Assembly (NCBI RefSeq): GCF_000025945.1
Contig: NC_006138.1
Coordinates: forward strand, 2,070,001 to 2,102,000
DNA from: Desulfotalea psychrophila LSv54
Lineage (GTDB): Bacteria > Desulfobacterota > Desulfobulbia > Desulfobulbales > Desulfocapsaceae
Direction of reading: 5' to 3'
Length of the DNA: 32,000 nucleotides
The notes beneath the pieces are model-generated. The model had not been told where the DNA came from and made no database searches. It was given only the letters and a program-made list of their open reading frames with translations. Below, piece after piece: positions 26,925 to 32,000 of this stretch. The number at the start of each line of letters is the position of its first letter. Within the stretch, counting starts at the first letter, position 1. The translations under genes were made by a program, and so were the position numbers.

Positions 26925-28316
26925 ATGAGTTCTAGAGAAGAAAATGAATTTTCCACCGTCCTTCTGGTGTGTATTGTCCAGTTTATCACTCCCTTTATGG
27001 CTTCCGGGGTAGGCGTCGCCCTGCCTACAATTGGTCGGTACTTTTCCGCAAGTGCCTTTCAGCTTGGCCTGGCGGAAATGGTCTATATCCTTGGCTTAAG
27101 CACATTCCTCCTGGCAGCCGGGCAGATCTCAGATATACTTGGTCGGAAAAAGATATTTCTCACGGGGATCTGTGGCTTTATTCTCTGTACCTTCGCCCTT
27201 ACTGCCACCCGGTCCATGGAGCAGTTTCTGGTCATCAGATTCTTTCAGGGAGTCAGTGTTTCACTTATTACCACCACTACCTTTGCCATTCTTACCTCCG
27301 TCGTTCCCGCGGAGCGGCGCGGAAGAAGTATGGGGATTATTATCTCCTCCATCTACGCGGGGCTGTCAGCAGGGCCAGCCCTGGGGGGCGTTATTGTCTC
27401 TCACTTTAACTGGCAGTGGCTCTTCGTCTTTACCGGTCTGCTTGCCAGCCTGGCCCTTTTTCTCTGCTTGAAATCGCTCAAGGGTGAATGGTGGGGCAGT
27501 CCCAATCAAAGATTCGACTATCGCGGCAGCACTGTCTATATGATCTCTCTTGCCTCTCTGATCATTGGGGTAGTGGGGCAGGAAATGGTGGGGGGATATG
27601 CTCTGTACTTGGGCACAGCCGGTATTGCCGGTCTCTGCTTTTTCGGTTGGCTGGAGACGCGGGTAAAGTCACCGATGCTCAACGTTCGCATGATTCTTGG
27701 CAATCGGGTGCTCTTTTTTACGGTGCTTACCACCCTGATCAACTATGGGGCAAGCTTTGGTATTATCTTCTTCTTTAGTCTGTATCTCCAGAGTGTTAAA
27801 GGTCTTTCTCCCCAGGTGGCGGGCTCCCTTCTCATTTTGCAAACCCTTGTTCAGTGTATCCTTGCCCCTCTTTCAGGAAAACTTGCCGATAAAATTTTTC
27901 CGGGGAAAATAGCCACTCTGGGGATGATCGTCGTAACCATAGGTCTTGGTCTGGCAACCCTCATAGATAGGGAGAGCTCCATTGCTATGGTTGCCGTGAT
28001 ATTTGCTATCATGGGGGTAGGTTTTGGCCTCTTTTCCTCGCCCAATATGACTGTTATCATGAACTCGGTGCCACGGGAGGCATATGGGCAGGCCTCAAGT
28101 CTGACAGCTACGGTGCGTACCTTGGGGATGCTCAGTAGCATGGCAATCTCATCCCTGTTGCTAGCTCATTTTATGGGTCATACGCCCATCACCGAGGAGA
28201 ATATTCCCCTCTTTATGAAGAGTCTGCAAAACGGCATGCTGATCTTTACTGGTATGGGAGTGCTGGGTATCTTTTTATCACTGGGGCGGGCTAAACCTCT
28301 GGCTAATAGGGAGTAG
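26925..28316 (+). CDS. MFS transporter, copy 2 (paralog of 24895-26289)
   Basis: 463 aa, co-linear with copy 1 along its full length, most positions identical by eye. Confidence 0.92.
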   Translation: MSSREENEFSTVLLVCIVQFITPFMASGVGVALPTIGRYFSASAFQLGLAEMVYILGLSTFLLAAGQISDILGRKKIFLTGICGFILCTFALTATRSMEQFLVIRFFQGVSVSLITTTTFAILTSVVPAERRGRSMGIIISSIYAGLSAGPALGGVIVSHFNWQWLFVFTGLLASLALFLCLKSLKGEWWGSPNQRFDYRGSTVYMISLASLIIGVVGQEMVGGYALYLGTAGIAGLCFFGWLETRVKSPMLNVRMILGNRVLFFTVLTTLINYGASFGIIFFFSLYLQSVKGLSPQVAGSLLILQTLVQCILAPLSGKLADKIFPGKIATLGMIVVTIGLGLATLIDRESSIAMVAVIFAIMGVGFGLFSSPNMTVIMNSVPREAYGQASSLTATVRTLGMLSSMAISSLLLAHFMGHTPITEENIPLFMKSLQNGMLIFTGMGVLGIFLSLGRAKPLANRE

Positions 28317-28319
28317 GTT

Positions 28320-28529
28320 ATGGAGCTTGTATGTTATTGCTTTAAATATAGTGAAGAGGATGTCAGGGCTGATATAGCTCGACATGGTCGTTCAACTCTG
28401 CTGGAAAAAATCAAAGAGGCCAAGGGGCAGGGGGACTGTAACTGCGCTGAAAAAAATCCTCTGGGTAGATGATGTCTTGGCGATGTTCACCGTGTTGTGA
28501 ACAAGATTATGGCAGAGGGGAGAGGTTAG
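28320..28529 (+). CDS. Candidate selenoprotein: short BFD/CopZ N-terminal-like [2Fe-2S]-binding protein with in-frame UGA (Sec51)
   Basis: ATG at 28320 with upstream GGGAG; MELVCYCFKYSEEDVRADIARHGRSTLLEKIKEAKGQGDCNCAEKNPLGR-U-CLGDVHRVVNKIMAEGRG; TGA 28470-28472; TAG 28527-28529; followed by a SECIS-like hairpin. Confidence 0.78.
28485..28502 (+). promoter_or_regulatory. Bacterial SECIS-like stem-loop GUUCAC-CGUGUU-GUGAAC
   Basis: Perfect 6-bp stem, 6-nt loop containing GU, 12 nt after the UGA; flanking UCUU/AAGA can form a lower stem. Confidence 0.7.
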
Positions 28530-28778
28530 ACCCAATTATTGATAGAGTGTGGAGAGGGATCGAATCACCGGGCTACCCGCCCCCGGATGCTGGCAGAGGC
28601 ACTATCCCTCAGCATAGTAAGAGGGGGTCTAAGAGCCTCTGGGCGATGTAGAGCAAATTTTGCCAGCAAAGTTCTGGAGGGACATGGCAACAATGGCCTG
28701 CTATAGAGGTTCGTCAGCCGGTGTCTCTTAGCTGTCTTCGGTGGTGCTCAACAGTCAACCGTAGGCCGGCAGAGCCTG

Positions 28779-29276
28779 CTAATACTCATCAATATGATGC
28801 CATTCTGCATTTTCAAGCCAGTTGCCGGGGTCTGATCTTGAGACGAAGTCGACTATGTTCTGCATGATGTGTAAATGTTTTTCTTCTTCTGCTGCCAGTT
28901 GCTCAAAGATCAATTTTATCTTACCATCCTTGGTCTCTTTTGCCCTTTCTAAATAAAAGGTCTTACTCTTCTCCTCAATATCTCGGGCATGTCGATATGC
29001 ATCTATTGTTATTGCCGTTTCTGCTTGGGTAGCTTCTTTTTGCTCCCTCATTTCAATAAAGATATTTCTTACATTTTTCAGCACCTTTCTGTTTTTTACC
29101 TGCGGCACGGCACTCTGCTGACGCAGTTGGTCGATATATTTGTAGTGCTCAACTTCCTCACCGGCCAGTAATGTAAAGATCTTTTGCAGGCCTGGTGAGC
29201 TGCTTCTCTTTACCAAGTCAAGATAATGCTCTTCCCCATCTTTTTCCATCTGCATGGCAAATTCATAGACATCCAT
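28779..29276 (-). CDS. Rubrerythrin/ferritin-like diiron protein
   Basis: FAMQMEKDGEEHYLDLV...AGEEVEHYKYI...IEEKSKTFYLERA...EEEKHLHIM; start MDVYEFAM preferred over 29315. Confidence 0.85.
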   Translation of the reverse strand: MDVYEFAMQMEKDGEEHYLDLVKRSSSPGLQKIFTLLAGEEVEHYKYIDQLRQQSAVPQVKNRKVLKNVRNIFIEMREQKEATQAETAITIDAYRHARDIEEKSKTFYLERAKETKDGKIKLIFEQLAAEEEKHLHIMQNIVDFVSRSDPGNWLENAEWHHIDEY

Positions 29277-29322
29277 TATCAATCTCCAAACTTGAGTTTC
29301 ATCATGCGCTATCAATTAGGTG

Positions 29323-29360
29323 CTTGACGTTTTGTCGAGGGGGCCCGGCAAAACGTCAAG
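29323..29360. repeat. Long inverted repeat CTTGACGTTTTG-N14-CAAAACGTCAAG
   Basis: 12-bp perfect arms in the gap between ferredoxin stop (29382) and rubrerythrin-like start (29276); extendable with a 1-nt bulge (GGTG/CGCC). Confidence 0.85.
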
Positions 29361-29381
29361 GCGCCACATTTTATGGGCCTG

Positions 29382-29573
29382 TTACTCTTTGCTAATACAC
29401 TCTACGGGGCAGGAGGCGATTGCCTCATCTAGGCAATCACTTTCCTCGTTGGCACCGTCGATAACATAGGCCTTAGTCTCATCTTCATTGAAGGCGAATA
29501 CTTCAGGGCAGGTTTCTACGCATGCTTCACAGCCGATACACTCATCTTCGTCAATTGTTACCTTTGCGGACAT
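29382..29573 (-). CDS. [4Fe-4S] ferredoxin
   Basis: 63 aa; CIGCEACVETCPEVF ... CLDEAIASCPVECI. Confidence 0.93.
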   Translation of the reverse strand: MSAKVTIDEDECIGCEACVETCPEVFAFNEDETKAYVIDGANEESDCLDEAIASCPVECISKE

Positions 29574-30108
29574 GATACTCTCCTTGTTTTGATTTTCCCT
29601 GTTCTCTCAAATCAGATTGACCAAGATTTGGTGAAATCGGTACCCTTGCACCTGGCATGGTTCTTCTTTGAGTTTTAGCTCTTGGCTTATTAAGGGCTAG
29701 TTGTTGTTTTCTAGCTAAAATATTTCACTCATCTATAACATTATCATCCTCAACTTCAATAAAATAGGATTATTTTTACAAGTTACAATTTGCTAGGAAA
29801 ACAGGCAGTTGGATAAGCTGTTTTTGGCTGGGGAGAGGGTGGCCTTTTTGCTGAGCCGCTCCCGTGTCAGTTCGACCTGAGGGCAGGGTGGAATAGCTTC
29901 CTGTGAAAATAAAATGTCAGTCGATTGAGGTTATTATCCCTAAGGCGATGTCAGCGCTTAGATTTAATTTCAAATTGCCCAGAGCGAAAGATATAATGTC
30001 GGTGAGGCTATCTTCTCGATTTATGGGGAAGATGCTGCCCTTGTGCTCTGGATGCGGAACTTTTTACGAGGGTGAATGACTATATTTCCGCGGAGTAGGA
30101 GGAACATT

Positions 30109-30546
30109 ATGTCGCTTGTGAAATGGAATCCTTGGCGAGAGATTGAAGATGTTTTTGACCGCAATATTAAGAGAGTGCCGTCCAGGCTAAGTGATCTGGG
30201 ATTTGCTACAAGCGAAGACTGGACTCCCAAGGTGGACATCAGTGAGACCGATAAAGAGTTTATTATCAAGGCAGAGCTTCCTGAGGTAAAACGGGAAGAT
30301 GTTAAGGTGACGGTAGATAAGGGTGTTCTTACAATTTGTGGAGAGAGAAAGCAGGAAAGAGAAGAAGAGGGCAAGACGTTCCATCGAGTTGAGAGATATT
30401 ACGGTAGTTTTACCCGGAGCTTCACCCTGCCTGAAAATGTCGATGAGTCTAAGGTTGATGCCAGCTATAAGGACGGGATGCTCAATTTGAAAATTGAAAA
30501 AACTGAAGAGGCAAAACCGACAAGTATTGAGGTGGAGATTAAGTAG
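30109..30546 (+). CDS. Hsp20/alpha-crystallin small heat shock protein
   Basis: MSLVKWNPWREIEDVFD; alpha-crystallin domain ELPEVKREDVKVTV..GVLTICGERK; RBS AGGAGG; start 30109 preferred to 30076. Confidence 0.94.
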   Translation: MSLVKWNPWREIEDVFDRNIKRVPSRLSDLGFATSEDWTPKVDISETDKEFIIKAELPEVKREDVKVTVDKGVLTICGERKQEREEEGKTFHRVERYYGSFTRSFTLPENVDESKVDASYKDGMLNLKIEKTEEAKPTSIEVEIK

Positions 30547-30730
30547 CTTCTCTTTTCTTTTCAGCTTTGGCTTCAAACCATGGGGCGGGGCAGAGCAGCC
30601 CCTCCTCGTGGGGCCGAGGCTTGACTATCATTTGTCAACAGTATCTTGCAATGATAAACCCACCACTGCCACTCTCATTACGGGGCGAGATTTATTGCTT
30701 CAATTCACCGTAATTCTAAGCGCATATCGT

Positions 30731-31606
30731 TTATTCTGCTCTCTTTGTTTTGGAATAGTCGCTGGGGCTGTTGCCAAAATAGCGTTTAAATTCTCGACTG
30801 AACTGGGTGCTACTCTCATAGCCCACCTCAGCTGCCGCTTCACTGACTCGCATTCTCTGCCCGATGAGGAGGGAGTGCGCTCTGCTTAAGCGGATTTTTT
30901 TGATATATTGGATGGGGGTTGAGGCGGTTATCTCCTTAAAAACACGGTGGAAGACAGAGGGACTCATGTTGACTAGCTGGGAGAGTTGTTCTACGGCAAT
31001 GCCCTGCTGATAGTGTGTATCTATGAACTTTAAGGCCCTGTCGATTTGGGAGAGCCTGCTATTGTTGCTGGCAAGGGCATAGAGAGAGGCGGCGCCCTCG
31101 GCACAGATAAGACGAAACATTAACTCCTGGATAAGTGCTTCGCCAAGGATGTGGCTTTCCAGTGGTGTTTGCAGTGCTTGCAGTAATCTTCTTAGGGTCT
31201 CGTTTATAGTAGAACTTCTCCTGCCAAGAAAAAGGCCCTGTTGCTCTTTAGCATAGGAGGGAGGGGGGCGCTGGTCGCCGAGCTGAATGATGATGTGGTT
31301 GAGCTGTTGGACATCAATGTCTACCATCATCAGGAGCACTGGCTTTTGTGTCGTCGCGCAGGTCTCGCACTCTGCAGGGATGGGCACCGTTAGTACCAGG
31401 TAATTTTCGGGATTGTACTCATATATTTTGTCATCGAGGTATACCCTCTTTGAGCCCTGACCGACAAAGAGAACTCCTTGTTTGTAGCAGAGCGGGCCCC
31501 GGGGTGAATAGGCACTTGCCTTAAATATTTTAATTCTGGAGAGGGAGGTTTCGTTGAGCCCCTCCTCCGTCGCCAGATTGTTCATCAGTTCGCCTATGGT
31601 TTGCAT
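30731..31606 (-). CDS. AraC-family transcriptional regulator with AraC_N domain (YqhC-like)
   Basis: C-terminal double HTH: GIAVEQLSQLVNMSPSVFHRVFKEITASTPIQYIKKIRLSRAHSLL...VSEAAAEVGYESSTQFSREFKRYFGNSPSDY. Start at MQTIGE (31606) or 31642. Confidence 0.9.
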   Translation of the reverse strand: MQTIGELMNNLATEEGLNETSLSRIKIFKASAYSPRGPLCYKQGVLFVGQGSKRVYLDDKIYEYNPENYLVLTVPIPAECETCATTQKPVLLMMVDIDVQQLNHIIIQLGDQRPPPSYAKEQQGLFLGRRSSTINETLRRLLQALQTPLESHILGEALIQELMFRLICAEGAASLYALASNNSRLSQIDRALKFIDTHYQQGIAVEQLSQLVNMSPSVFHRVFKEITASTPIQYIKKIRLSRAHSLLIGQRMRVSEAAAEVGYESSTQFSREFKRYFGNSPSDYSKTKRAE

Positions 31607-31960
31607 GCTATCCCCTTTTATAAGATGTGATTCTTTCACCATAACAGGTCGGCCCGGTAATGCGATTATTTATAGGGGCAGTAGGATTAGGCATGAAAAT
31701 GATGGCTTTGTGTCTTCTCTTTTTTTCAAATTTATTTAAATATTAGCTGATGTAACAAAACATGTAGATTGCGGCTAAGCAGCTCTCTATTTATGGGAAC
31801 CATGAAAAATAGTCTTTTCTTCAAATTGCTGCGTTATTCGAAAAATTCTATCCTCGAAATATTGCCTATATGTCTGTGGTAAAATTTTACGAATGCCTTG
31901 ATCTTTATTGAAAAATCCTAATTTTTCAAGCCACCCTTATAACAAAAAAAGGATATCACT

Positions 31961-32000
31961 ATGTTGAATTTTAGTTTTTATAACCCGACAAATATTGTTT
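31961..32000 (+). CDS. Start of an iron-containing alcohol dehydrogenase (YqhD/BdhA-like), truncated by window end
   Basis: AAAAAAAGGATATCACT-ATG; MLNFSFYNPTNIV matches the characteristic N-terminus of the family; divergent to the AraC_N regulator. Confidence 0.65.
   Translation, partial: MLNFSFYNPTNIV

Noticed and set aside
28469-28651. 60-aa ORF MMSWRCSPCCEQDYG...
   Set aside because: Out of frame with and overlapping the better supported selenoprotein reading; no family resemblance.
30587-30614. Alternative hairpins GGGGC-AGAGCA-GCCCC / GCCCC-N7-GGGGC after Hsp20
   Set aside because: 5-bp stems without a T-tract; may be a terminator but evidence is too thin to list as a feature.
1-32000. 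tRNA/rRNA genes, transposases or phage genes
   Set aside because: No tRNA-like or rRNA-like sequence and no transposase or integrase motifs were recognised in any listed frame.

Overview
The window is dominated by one tightly packed minus-strand operon (about 24633 down to 977, 26 genes) for a type II fatty-acid/polyketide-like pathway. It encodes three acyl carrier proteins, three full ketosynthases, two short ketosynthase-like proteins without an active-site Cys, a ketoreductase, two hot-dog dehydratases, a thioesterase, a PaaK-like AMP-forming ligase, PlsC and LpxL-type acyltransferases, and a GT2-DUF2062 glycosyltransferase. It also encodes a LolA-like protein, a lipoprotein, an MMPL exporter, an ABC exporter and a BtrH-like acyltransferase. 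Three enzymes are unexpected in an aryl-polyene-like set: a B12-binding radical SAM protein, a SPASM radical SAM protein, and a phytoene-desaturase/retinol-saturase-like FAD enzyme. There is no ammonia lyase. This resembles the type II FAS + radical SAM + desaturase sets proposed, but not proven, for ladderane-type lipids. The right flank has two tandem MFS paralogs around a marR gene with a double palindromic operator-like site. It also has a short Fe-S protein missed by the ORF track that appears to be a selenoprotein: an in-frame UGA followed by a SECIS-like hairpin. Beyond that are a rubrerythrin-like protein, a ferredoxin, an Hsp20, and an AraC regulator divergent from the start of an iron-containing alcohol dehydrogenase. 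The left 0.8 kb is an AT-rich fragment with a DUF4325 (STAS-like) gene end. Taxonomy is inferred only: a deltaproteobacterial (Desulfobulbales-like) sulfate reducer is plausible.
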